DNA of 64,000 nucleotides from an uncultured cyanobacterium. Its GTDB lineage: Bacteria; Cyanobacteriota; Cyanobacteriia; Cyanobacteriales; Nostocaceae. The position numbers were made by a program, and so were the translations under genes. The stretch is taken from the NCBI GenBank assembly GCA_963740315.1, contig CAVUDP010000002.1, positions 3,296,001 through 3,360,000 of the forward strand, in the 5' to 3' direction. Below, piece by piece: positions 40,406-50,195 of the stretch. A model generated the notes under the pieces. The model did no database searches, was not told the DNA's origin, and saw only the letters and a program-made list of their open reading frames with translations. Position 1 is the stretch's first letter. The number at the start of each line of letters is the position of its first letter.

Positions 40406-42010
40406 ATGCCCAATAAAGACTTATTCGCGATCGAAGCGTTAGCCCAAATTCCCAAGATTCTTACTTTATTAGATCGCAATCCTCACAGCCCTACTTATGG
40501 TTGTTTTGACCGCAATTTCTGGCACTATAAAATTATTGATTTTCCCAGTGGGATGGCGCAGGAATTTGTTTTTCCTTTGGCTTTAATTTACGATACCGAT
40601 CTACCGGATAATCCATATTATCGTCAGCCTGCTATCAAAAATTGGGTGGAAGCGGGGATTTTGTACGCGGCTCGTAGCGCTCATAAAGATGGCTCTTGCG
40701 ATGATTATTTTCCTTTTGAACGAGCTTCGGGGGCTGCTGCTTTTTCGCTGTTGGCTTGTATTGAAAGTTATATTTTATTAGATTTAGATAATCAAGCTTT
40801 TTTAAAGTTTTTTACTAAGCGTGCCGATTGGTTGGCGGAGCATCATGAAAGCGGACAGTTAACCAACCATCAAGCATTAATTGTTTTGTGTTTGGAGAGA
40901 TTATCACAATTATTAAAAACTTCTAGATGGGATAAAGCCAAAGTACAGCGCTTGGAGCGTGTTTTATCTTGGCAAAATGAAGAAGGTTGGTTTATTGAAT
41001 ACGAAGGTTGTGACCCTGGATATCATACTTTAACTATTTCTTGTTTGGCACAAATTTATCAGTTTAATCAAGATATACGCATCAAAGAAGCATTAATCAA
41101 AGCTGTCAAATTAGCTGCTGAATTCGTCCATCCCGATGGTTCTTATGGTGGGGAATATACCAGTCGCAATACTTACAACTTTTTTCCCCACGGTTTTGAA
41201 TTAGTTGGCAAATGGATGCCGGAAGCATTAGAAATTAATCAGCGGTTTTTGCAAGGTTTAGTAAATGGATTATCTCCGTGTTATGCTGACGACCATATTA
41301 TCGGACATCATACCTGGAACTATTTATTAACTTGGCGCGACTTTGTAAACGAACGACCATTAGTAAACACACTTAGTAATAATCAAAAGAATCGTATTTG
41401 GTTAAAGAATGCCAGAATATTGATCGATCGCCGCGAAAATACACAACTATATTTAGCATTAAATAAAGGTGGAGTGTTCAAGCTATTTCGGGATAATAAA
41501 TTAGTTGCTGCCGATACGCAAATTTCTTTACAGGTGCGACACAAAGGTAAAATAAAAAATGCAGTAGGACATTTAGTTGCACCTTACGAATTAAATATCA
41601 ACGATGACGAAATTACTGTGAGCGGCAACCTTGGTTGGGCAAAGCAAAAACAAATGACACCGCTAAATTTACTTATACTGCGAATTGTGATGTTAACCGT
41701 AGGAAGATTTTTCCCTAACTTGATTCGCAAGATATTACAAAGTATTTTAATTACTGGTAAAAACGATGCACCTTTTCGTTTTATTCGCCGATTGCGCTGG
41801 CAAAACGCAAAATGGTATGTTATCGATGAATTGCACCCCCAAACTTGGGATAACGTCATTGCTGCGGGTATTGGCTGCGATCAAACTTCTATTTATGTTG
41901 TCATGAGTCGGACATTCCAAAGAAGTCAATTACAACCTTGGCTGGATTTAACTTCCGAAGTCAAAAAACTCGCTTCTTCTCAACCATTAAAAATCGAGCG
42001 CGAATTATGA
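40406..42010 (+). CDS. Unknown soluble 534-aa enzyme; predicted alpha/alpha toroid + beta domain
   Basis: The true start is likely the ATG at 40406 (MPNKDLF); the track's extension is repeat-derived. Periodic HKDGSC / QNEEGWF / HPDGSY turns separate helical segments. Confidence 0.8.
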   Translation: MPNKDLFAIEALAQIPKILTLLDRNPHSPTYGCFDRNFWHYKIIDFPSGMAQEFVFPLALIYDTDLPDNPYYRQPAIKNWVEAGILYAARSAHKDGSCDDYFPFERASGAAAFSLLACIESYILLDLDNQAFLKFFTKRADWLAEHHESGQLTNHQALIVLCLERLSQLLKTSRWDKAKVQRLERVLSWQNEEGWFIEYEGCDPGYHTLTISCLAQIYQFNQDIRIKEALIKAVKLAAEFVHPDGSYGGEYTSRNTYNFFPHGFELVGKWMPEALEINQRFLQGLVNGLSPCYADDHIIGHHTWNYLLTWRDFVNERPLVNTLSNNQKNRIWLKNARILIDRRENTQLYLALNKGGVFKLFRDNKLVAADTQISLQVRHKGKIKNAVGHLVAPYELNINDDEITVSGNLGWAKQKQMTPLNLLILRIVMLTVGRFFPNLIRKILQSILITGKNDAPFRFIRRLRWQNAKWYVIDELHPQTWDNVIAAGIGCDQTSIYVVMSRTFQRSQLQPWLDLTSEVKKLASSQPLKIEREL

Positions 42011-42957
42011 AAAAAATTATTTCTATCGCTGTCAGTTTGACAATTTTGATAATAATTTACTGGAAAATAGATTTTCCTAGATTGATAGAAGTATTTCAAA
42101 ACAGCGATAAACTTTGGATGGCAATTAGTTTGAGTATGGTTGTACCTTTAACAATGTTAACAGCATGGCGATTGCAACAACTTACGCCGAGTCGTGCCCG
42201 TTTGGGATTTGGTGAAGCGAATCGTTTGATATTAGCAGCTAGCGTATTAAATATGGTTTTACCTTCAAAAATGGGGGATATAGCAAAAGCTTATTTTATC
42301 AAAGAAAAAGGACATTTAGAAGGTTCGCTGTCGTTCTCTTTAGTAGTATTTGAAAAAGCCTGCGATATGCTATCTTTGCTGCTATGGTGTGCCTTCGGAT
42401 TAACACTTTATCCTCAAAAAGACTGGTTATTTTGGATAATGACAGCAAGCGTTATCTGTGGTTTAATTATTGGATTATTATTAATTGCCTCTCGTCCATT
42501 TGCTAACTTATTATTTCAGCTTGCGGGTAGGTTCGCACCTCACAAAATTGGCTTAAAAATAGCAAAGCTGCGCGATTCTTGGAGCGAAATGCATAAGTAT
42601 TTTTGGAGAGACAAACGCCATCTATTAAAAATTACTTTGACTTCAGTTATTATTTGGTTTGGACATCTTTTACAAATATGGTTTTTCATTTTAGCACTGA
42701 AAGCTTGGGTTCCTTTTTTGGCGCATTTAGCATTAGCTCCTTTATCTATACTAGCGGGTTTGCTACCTTTAACTTTTGCCGGAGTTGGTACGCGAGATGC
42801 CGCTTTAATTGCCTTTTACGAACCATATTTAAACGCTCCTACTGCTGCGGCTTTGGGTTTACTTTGCACTTCCCGATATTTGCTCCCAGCTATTGGGGGA
42901 ATCCCCTTTTTAGGTAGATATTTAGCAACTATAAAAAAGATACGTGCTGAAAAATAA
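42007..42957 (+). CDS. UPF0104 / lysylphosphatidylglycerol-synthase TM-domain protein (flippase-like)
   Basis: ATGA overlap with the upstream gene; AWRLQQL, NMVLPSKMGDIAKA, EKACD, LPLTFAGVGTRDAA. Confidence 0.88.
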   Translation: MKKIISIAVSLTILIIIYWKIDFPRLIEVFQNSDKLWMAISLSMVVPLTMLTAWRLQQLTPSRARLGFGEANRLILAASVLNMVLPSKMGDIAKAYFIKEKGHLEGSLSFSLVVFEKACDMLSLLLWCAFGLTLYPQKDWLFWIMTASVICGLIIGLLLIASRPFANLLFQLAGRFAPHKIGLKIAKLRDSWSEMHKYFWRDKRHLLKITLTSVIIWFGHLLQIWFFILALKAWVPFLAHLALAPLSILAGLLPLTFAGVGTRDAALIAFYEPYLNAPTAAALGLLCTSRYLLPAIGGIPFLGRYLATIKKIRAEK

Positions 42958-42999
42958 TTGCAAATATCTATTTAGCTCTATTAAAGCGATCGAATAATT

Positions 43000-44544
43000 A
43001 TGCAGCATTTTTTAAAAAACTTAACTCCAGACAGTAAATCAGATCGAAAATATTTAAAATTATTTTCTCCTCAAAAATTATCCTGGGTTATTATTGGCTT
43101 CGGCATTCTAGTTAGACTTATACAATATCTTTACAATCGATCTTTATGGGCTGATGAAGCTGTATTAGCATTAAATATTGTCAATCGCTCCTATTTAGAG
43201 TTACTACAGCCTCTAGATTACGATCAAGGTGCGCCTTTCGGGTTTTTGATAGTTGAAAAATTGGCAATTCAACTATTTGGAAATAATGAATATGCTTTAA
43301 GACTATTTCCTTTGCTATCGGGAATCATTTCTTTATTTCTGCTTTATCGATTGGCGAAAATATTTCTTAGCGGATATGCAGTTCCCATAGCCTTAGTTTT
43401 TTTGGCTAGCCTCAGTCAGTTAATTTATTATGCAACGGAATTAAAACAGTACTCAAGCGATGTGGCTGTTGGATTATTTGCTTGTTTGCTAGTAACGGAG
43501 ATTTTTAGAAAAAAACTAACCATCAATAGAATAATATTTTTCTGTTTATTAGGAGCATTAACAATCTGGTTTTCTCATCCGGCTATTTTTGTTTTAGCTG
43601 GTTTTGGAGCTAGTTATTTGCTAACTAGTGTCTTTAAAAAGAGAAAAAGTAGCATATTTAAAATTTTACTTATATACTCATCTTGGTTAATTAGTTTTGG
43701 GCTATTTTACTTTGTTTCGGTGCAAAGTTTAAATAAAAATGACACATTAATGACATCTTGGAAAAATGCTTTTCCTAACTCTGGTTTTGATATCATTTGG
43801 CTATTTGATGCCTTTGGTAAATTTTTCTACAATCCATTAGGTTTTAGGGGAATAATGGATGGAGTTGCAATTTTTGCCTTTGTAATTGGTTGTATATCGT
43901 TATTTTATCGACAAAAAGCAAAACTGTTAATTTTACTATCTCCATTAATAGTAACTTTTTTAGCAGCTTATTTACAAAAATATCCTTTTAAAGGTCGTTT
44001 GGTTTTATTTCTGACTCCTTTTTTCATTTTGTTTATTGCTGAAGGAGTAAATTATTTGATCGGAAAAACCCGTTCCAAACCCACGCTCATCGCCGGAATA
44101 GTACTTTTAATATGCTTAGTGTTTCAACCAGTAACTCAAGCTAGTAAACTTTTAGTAAATCCAAACTGGAATGAAGAAATTAAGCCAGTAATTAGCTATG
44201 TAAAAGCCCGCGAGCAACCTTCAGATATTTTATATATTTTTCAGCGAGGACATTATCAATTTTTGTATTATGCAGAAAAATATGGTTATCAAGAAGAAGA
44301 TTACATTATTGGAGTAGATGATTTAGATGAATTTGATGGTAAAGATTTATCGGATAAAGAACGCGAAAGATATGAAAATGATTTAAATAAGCTTCGCGGC
44401 AATAAAAGAGTATGGGTACTTTTCTCTCACGCTCATAATGGTAGCGAAAATGAAATGATGAAGAGTTATTTAGATAAAATCGGTAAACAAATTGATTACT
44501 TTAAAAGCCCAGGCGCATTTGTTTATTTATACGATCTATCGTAA
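43000..44544 (+). CDS. GT-C glycosyltransferase (ArnT/PMT, GT39/GT83-like)
   Basis: RSLWADEA in the first loop, EYALRLFP, ELKQYS, many TMs, soluble C-terminal domain. Confidence 0.85.
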   Translation: MQHFLKNLTPDSKSDRKYLKLFSPQKLSWVIIGFGILVRLIQYLYNRSLWADEAVLALNIVNRSYLELLQPLDYDQGAPFGFLIVEKLAIQLFGNNEYALRLFPLLSGIISLFLLYRLAKIFLSGYAVPIALVFLASLSQLIYYATELKQYSSDVAVGLFACLLVTEIFRKKLTINRIIFFCLLGALTIWFSHPAIFVLAGFGASYLLTSVFKKRKSSIFKILLIYSSWLISFGLFYFVSVQSLNKNDTLMTSWKNAFPNSGFDIIWLFDAFGKFFYNPLGFRGIMDGVAIFAFVIGCISLFYRQKAKLLILLSPLIVTFLAAYLQKYPFKGRLVLFLTPFFILFIAEGVNYLIGKTRSKPTLIAGIVLLICLVFQPVTQASKLLVNPNWNEEIKPVISYVKAREQPSDILYIFQRGHYQFLYYAEKYGYQEEDYIIGVDDLDEFDGKDLSDKERERYENDLNKLRGNKRVWVLFSHAHNGSENEMMKSYLDKIGKQIDYFKSPGAFVYLYDLS

Positions 44545-44603
44545 TTTTTTTCTATTTCCTATTTCCTAACCCAACGCAATTTTTAATTAATAAAGGCTGC
44601 TTA

Positions 44604-46178
44604 ATGACGAATATAACCGTACCAAAAACATTAACTAAATCGTCCCGAAAATTTAATATAGTTAAACTTATTGCAGTCATCATCGCGATCGGAATATTTT
44701 TTCGGTTTTATAACTTAGACCAGAAAACTTACTGGTACGATGAAACAATGACTTCTGTACGTATTTCTGGATACGTCAGCCCAGAATTAACAAAAGAAGT
44801 CTATAACGGTGAGGTTATTACAGTTGAAAACTTTCTACAAACTTATCAGTATCCTAACGATACCAGAAACCTCAACGATAGCATCAAAGCTTTAGCGCAA
44901 AATCCAGAGCATTCGCCTCTTTATTATTTAATGGCGCGATTTTGGCTGCAAGCATTCGGTAATTCAATATTCAATATCAGATTACTATCTGCTTTTATCA
45001 GTTTGCTGGCATTCCCCGCGAGTTACTGGTTATGCCAAGAATTATTTAATTCTAAATTGATTTCTTGGGTAGCAGTTAGCTTAATAGCTATTTCACCTTT
45101 TCATGTTTTATATGCTCAAGAAGCACGAGAATATAGCTTATGGATTGTTACCATTTTTGTTTCTTGTGCAGCACTACTTTGGGCAATTAGAAAGAAAAAA
45201 ATACTTTCTTGGGTTATTTACGGTATTACTGTATCGTTAGGACTTTATACTCATCCTTTTTCTGCATTTTTATTTATAGGACATGGTATATACGTTTTAG
45301 TTAGTGAAAGTTTCCGATTAACTAAAGCCTTAACAAATTATATACTTGCCAGTTTGTTTGGTATATTACTTTTTGTTCCTTGGCTGTTAGTTGTTATTGC
45401 TAATTTTTCCTACCTTTTAGGTAATACAGATCATGTTAATAGAATTGCCAAAGGATCTTTGCCTATTTTATGGGGGCTAAATCTTAGCCGGATTTTTATA
45501 GATGTGAACCAAGGTATTAGTCTGTTTAATCCGCTGACTTACCTGAGTCTAATTTTTGCAGTGTATGCATTATATTTTTTATGTAAAAATGCGCCAAAAG
45601 CTGGACTATTTATTATTACTTCAATAGGAGTTTTGGGAATAGCTTTAATATCTCCAGATATTATATTATCAGGTCGCCGTTCTACTATTGCACGTTATGC
45701 AACACCTTGTTATTTAGGAATTCAAATTGCAGTAGCATATTTATTAAGTACTAAATTAAAAAAAGCATATGATGATATAAAAATAAAAAAAATAAAAAAA
45801 TGGCGTAACGTTGTTGCTGTTTTGATTGTGGGCGGTATTTTATCCTGTGCGATTAGTTCTCAAGTTCCAATGTGGTGGAATAAAGGTCCTTTTAAAACAC
45901 GCCATACTCCGGAAGTAATTAGTATTATAAATCAGTCAGAAAACCCTTTAGTAATTAGCAATATTCCACCTAATCAATTACTTGGATTAACTCATCTATT
46001 GGAGAACAAAGTTCATCTTCAGTTAATATCTTCGCCAAATATTCCCCAGATACCAGCATCTTTTCAAGAAGTGTTTATTTATCGTCCTTCTGATGAACTA
46101 TTAGCGAAATATAAAACTAAATATGGTATTGATGAAATCCAGCCTTTTTTATGGAAAGTGAAAAAAAATAACTTGTAA
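44604..46178 (+). CDS. GT-C glycosyltransferase (GT39-like)
   Basis: YWYDET, EHSPLYY, SPFHVLYAQEAREYS, LGLYTH. Confidence 0.87.
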   Translation: MTNITVPKTLTKSSRKFNIVKLIAVIIAIGIFFRFYNLDQKTYWYDETMTSVRISGYVSPELTKEVYNGEVITVENFLQTYQYPNDTRNLNDSIKALAQNPEHSPLYYLMARFWLQAFGNSIFNIRLLSAFISLLAFPASYWLCQELFNSKLISWVAVSLIAISPFHVLYAQEAREYSLWIVTIFVSCAALLWAIRKKKILSWVIYGITVSLGLYTHPFSAFLFIGHGIYVLVSESFRLTKALTNYILASLFGILLFVPWLLVVIANFSYLLGNTDHVNRIAKGSLPILWGLNLSRIFIDVNQGISLFNPLTYLSLIFAVYALYFLCKNAPKAGLFIITSIGVLGIALISPDIILSGRRSTIARYATPCYLGIQIAVAYLLSTKLKKAYDDIKIKKIKKWRNVVAVLIVGGILSCAISSQVPMWWNKGPFKTRHTPEVISIINQSENPLVISNIPPNQLLGLTHLLENKVHLQLISSPNIPQIPASFQEVFIYRPSDELLAKYKTKYGIDEIQPFLWKVKKNNL

Positions 46179-46180
46179 CT

Positions 46181-47947
46181 ATGTTAATAAAAACTTTAAA
46201 TAAAAATTTGCTGCCTGAAAATACAAAAATATCTCAAAAACAAGTATTTTTTTGGTTTAGTTTAAGTCTGATATTTGCTGCTGGTTATGCAATCTTAGCA
46301 TTGCAACAAGCCTTTTCTAGCGAGTACGTAGTCCAAGATGATGCACGACAACACGTATTTTGGATGTTAAGGTTTATAGATCCAAATCTGTTTCCTGACA
46401 ATTTAATTGCCGATTATTTTCAATCGGTAGCCCCTGCGGGATACTCCAATTTTTATCGAGCCTTTGCAGCTTTAGGAATCAGCCCATTACTGTTAAATAA
46501 ATTGCTGCCATTAGGATTAGGATTAATTGCCAGCGGCTATTTTTTTGCCTTTTCTATGCAAATATTACCGTTGCCGATTACCGCATTTATGGCAACTCTA
46601 ATGTTTAATCAAAATATCTGGAGAAAAGATGATTTAATTTCTGGCACTCCGAGAGCATTTATATATCCAATATTCTTAGCTTTTTTATATTATTTATGTC
46701 GTAAATCTTTATTTGCTTGTTTAATAACAATTGTACTTTTAGGGTTTTTCTATCCTCAATATATATTCATATGCGCGGGTATTTTAATTATCCGACTGTG
46801 GGATTGGCGTAATAAAAGGTTTCGCTTTTCACAGCAAAAGCACCATTATATTTTTTGTGCGGCTGGCTTAGGAGTAGCTTTTTTAGTGTTGCTACCCTAT
46901 GCGTTAAAAACATCTGAATACGCACCGATAATTAGCGTTGCTCAAGCAAAGCAATTACCTGAATTTTTCCCCAAAGGCAGAAGCTTTTTTTTCACAAATA
47001 ATCTGTTTGATTATCTTTGGAGCGGGCGTAGCGGAATAGTTCCAAAAAATTTATTTATTCCCGTAACTTATTTTTTCGGTTTACTATTACCTGTTTTAAT
47101 GCGGTTTCGTTCCAAATTTTCTCTACTGCGAAAAGTTACAGAAGAGATAATGATATTGCCTCAAATGCTATTGGCAGCTATTGGAATGTTTGTAGCTGCT
47201 CATCTTTTACTATTTAGACTTCATCTTCCCAGCCGTTATACGGAACATAATTTGCGAATTGTCTTGAGTATATCAGCAGCTATTGCTTTAACAGCTATTT
47301 TAAAAGCGATTCTTTCTATTAACTACAGAGAAAATAAACTTTATAATAAATTTAGACAAATTTTTGCTTTATTATTTACAGCCTGTATCTCGCTAACACT
47401 ACTATTTTACTATCCATTATTAATCCAAAATTTTCCCAAAACTGGTTATCATACGGGTAACGTACCAGCTTTATATAAATTTTTTCAGCAACAGCCAAAA
47501 GATACCCTTATTGCTTCAATAACTGAAGAAGTAAATTATTTACCTACATTTTCACAACGTTCGATTTTGATCGGTAGAGAATATGCAATTCCCTATCACT
47601 TTGGTTATTACAGTCAATTCCGTCAGCGAGTCGTAGATTTAACTCAAGCTCAATATAGCGAAAATTTAGCAGACGTAAAAACTTTTATTCAGAAATATCA
47701 AGTAGATTTCTGGTTGTTAGAATCTGGAGCCTTTACACCCGAATACATCGAAAGTAATTCTTTACTCAGACAGTATTATCAAAGTAATCTTAACCAAGAT
47801 AAGCTAGTCAAAATCACCAAAAATATATTCCAAAGCTTAAAGCAAGGGAATGTACCAGCTTTATCAAAAGTTGTACCTAATTGTAGCGCTGCGAAAATTG
47901 ATAATTTTGTAATCCTAGATGCGAAATGTATTTTAGCTAACAGTTAA
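46181..47947 (+). CDS. Polytopic membrane protein, putative GT-C (tandem paralog A)
   Basis: EYVVQDDARQHVFWM acidic first-loop motif, DDLISGTPRAF, LHLPSRY, REYAIPYH. Confidence 0.8.
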   Translation: MLIKTLNKNLLPENTKISQKQVFFWFSLSLIFAAGYAILALQQAFSSEYVVQDDARQHVFWMLRFIDPNLFPDNLIADYFQSVAPAGYSNFYRAFAALGISPLLLNKLLPLGLGLIASGYFFAFSMQILPLPITAFMATLMFNQNIWRKDDLISGTPRAFIYPIFLAFLYYLCRKSLFACLITIVLLGFFYPQYIFICAGILIIRLWDWRNKRFRFSQQKHHYIFCAAGLGVAFLVLLPYALKTSEYAPIISVAQAKQLPEFFPKGRSFFFTNNLFDYLWSGRSGIVPKNLFIPVTYFFGLLLPVLMRFRSKFSLLRKVTEEIMILPQMLLAAIGMFVAAHLLLFRLHLPSRYTEHNLRIVLSISAAIALTAILKAILSINYRENKLYNKFRQIFALLFTACISLTLLFYYPLLIQNFPKTGYHTGNVPALYKFFQQQPKDTLIASITEEVNYLPTFSQRSILIGREYAIPYHFGYYSQFRQRVVDLTQAQYSENLADVKTFIQKYQVDFWLLESGAFTPEYIESNSLLRQYYQSNLNQDKLVKITKNIFQSLKQGNVPALSKVVPNCSAAKIDNFVILDAKCILANS

Positions 47948-48122
47948 GAATTATTAAAATTTAAATCTTCAAGGTATTAAATTAAGTAAACAAATTGACG
48001 ACTATTTAGACGATTTGTTTCTTTAATTTGTGCTGAGGTTTACATATATTTTCGACTATAAAAATGTAAAATTAGTAACAATTTATATTTTTCCCTTTCT
48101 ATCTATTGGTAAAAATAAATAT

Positions 48123-49895
48123 ATGTTGACTAACTCATCAGCTTCCAGAAGGGGTAATTCACTCACAAACAGGAATCAACCCTCGAAAAATCAAGTCATA
48201 TTTTGGTTTAGTTTAAGCATGACTTTTTCAGTTGTGTACGCAATATTGGCATTGCAGCAAGCTTTTGCTAGCGAGTACGTAGTACAGGATGATGCCAGAC
48301 AACACGTATTTTGGATGCTGCGGTATATAGATCCAAACTTGTTTCCTAATGATTTAATTGCAGATTATTTTCAGTCTGTTGCACCTGCGGGATACTCCAG
48401 TCTTTATCGAGCGATCGCCTTTTTTAATATCAATCCACTATTTTTTAATAAACTCCTTCCATTAGTTTTAGGATTATTTTCTACTGCCTACTGCTTTGGT
48501 TTTAGTTTACAACTTATACCGCTGCCATTTACCGGATTTTTAGCATCATTAATGCTCAACCAAAATCTCTGGATGAAGGATGATTTGGTTTCTGCTACAC
48601 CCAGGGCTTTTACATACCCATTTTTACTAGCATTTTTATATTATTTATCGCGTAAATCTTTGCTGCCAACCTTGGCTGCGATCGTACTTTTAGGACTTTT
48701 TTATCCTCAAGCTGTGTTTATTTGTGTTGGTATTTTAATTCTGCGGCTTTTGGATTGGAATAGTGGACGTTTTCGCTTTTCTCAACAAAAATATAATTAT
48801 TTATTTTGTGCTGTAGGAGTAGGAGTAGCATTTTTAGTTATGTTACCTTACGCTCTCAAATCATCAGAATTTGCACCAGTTATAACAGTAGCTCAAGCAA
48901 AGCAATTACCAGAATTTTGGTCGGGAGGAAGGACTACTTTTTTTAGTAGAAATACCATAAACTATTTTTTAAATGGACGTAGCGGAATATTTGCACCGGA
49001 AGTATTTTCACCTTTCACGCTTTTTACCGCATTTTTATTACCTTTATTAATGTTATTTCCGACAAAATTTCCCTTGCTAAAAAAGATTCAAAGGGAGATT
49101 GCGATCTTACCTCAAATGTTAGTTGTATCGGTAGGAATGTTTGTTCTAGCCCATATCTTACTATTTAAGCTTCATCTTCCCAGCCGTTATACCGGACATA
49201 CTTTCCGAATTATTTTAGCGACATCGGCAGCTATTGTTTTAACAGTTCTTCTGGAAGCTACTCTCTCTAACTTCAACCGAAGCGCAAACATTTATAGTTA
49301 TTTTCGCAAAATTTCGGCGCTAATTTTTGCCGGATTTATTGCTTTCTCACTGCTTTTTTATTATCCCTATTTTATCAAAAACTTTCCCAAAACATCCTAT
49401 GAAAAAGGTAAGATACCAGATTTATACGAATTTTTCCGAAAACAACCAAAAGATATTACGATCGCTTCGATCGCAGAAGAAACCAATAATTTACCCGCAT
49501 TTTCACAGCGTTCAATTTTCATAGGTAGAGAATATGCAATTCCCTATCATTTAGGTTATTACAGTAAATTTAGGCAACGAGTTATAGACTTAACTCAGGC
49601 TCAATATAGCGAAAACTTAGAGAATGTAAAAACTTTTATTCAAAAAAATGGCATAGATTTCTGGCTGTTACAATATGGAACCTTTACACCCGAATATATC
49701 CAAACAAATTCTTTACTCAAACAATATTATAGAAGCAATATTAACCAAGATAAACTAGTCAAAATAACCAAAGAGATATCCCAAAGTTTAGAGCAAGAGA
49801 AAGTACCGGCTTTATCCAAAACAATATCAAATTGCACCGCCGCAGAAATTCAAAATCTTATAGTTTTGGATGCAAAATGTATTTTAAATAATTAG
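48123..49895 (+). CDS. Polytopic membrane protein, putative GT-C (tandem paralog B)
   Basis: Same motifs as paralog A. The ATG at 48123 gives 590 aa, matching paralog A length (track start 48030). Confidence 0.8.
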   Translation: MLTNSSASRRGNSLTNRNQPSKNQVIFWFSLSMTFSVVYAILALQQAFASEYVVQDDARQHVFWMLRYIDPNLFPNDLIADYFQSVAPAGYSSLYRAIAFFNINPLFFNKLLPLVLGLFSTAYCFGFSLQLIPLPFTGFLASLMLNQNLWMKDDLVSATPRAFTYPFLLAFLYYLSRKSLLPTLAAIVLLGLFYPQAVFICVGILILRLLDWNSGRFRFSQQKYNYLFCAVGVGVAFLVMLPYALKSSEFAPVITVAQAKQLPEFWSGGRTTFFSRNTINYFLNGRSGIFAPEVFSPFTLFTAFLLPLLMLFPTKFPLLKKIQREIAILPQMLVVSVGMFVLAHILLFKLHLPSRYTGHTFRIILATSAAIVLTVLLEATLSNFNRSANIYSYFRKISALIFAGFIAFSLLFYYPYFIKNFPKTSYEKGKIPDLYEFFRKQPKDITIASIAEETNNLPAFSQRSIFIGREYAIPYHLGYYSKFRQRVIDLTQAQYSENLENVKTFIQKNGIDFWLLQYGTFTPEYIQTNSLLKQYYRSNINQDKLVKITKEISQSLEQEKVPALSKTISNCTAAEIQNLIVLDAKCILNN

Positions 49896-49923
49896 CTGAA
49901 TTGGGCATTGGGAATAGTATTGA

Positions 49924-50135
49924 GTTAGTAGTTAGTAGTTAGTAGTTAGTAGTTAGTAGTTAGTAGTTAGTAGTTATGAGTTAGGAATTAGGAGTTAGGA
50001 ATTAGGAGTTAGGAATTAGGAGTAGTGCGTTAGCGCAGCGTGTCCGCCAGGACATGCATCTTGCTCGCTATTTAACTACCTCCATCTCCCCCTCTCCCCC
50101 TCTCCCCCTCTCCCCATCCCCCATCCCCCCATCCC
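49924..50135. repeat. Composite STRR + REP module upstream of dxr
   Basis: (AGTTAGT)n, (AGTTAGG/AATTAGG)n, GTAGTGCG..GCATCTTGCTCGCTATTTAACTACC, (CCCCCTCT/CCCCCATC)n. Confidence 0.92.
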
Positions 50136-50195
50136 TATTCTTCACGCCCCAGACAATTTATAGTTAAAGTTATCTGTCACTGATTAATAAAAATT

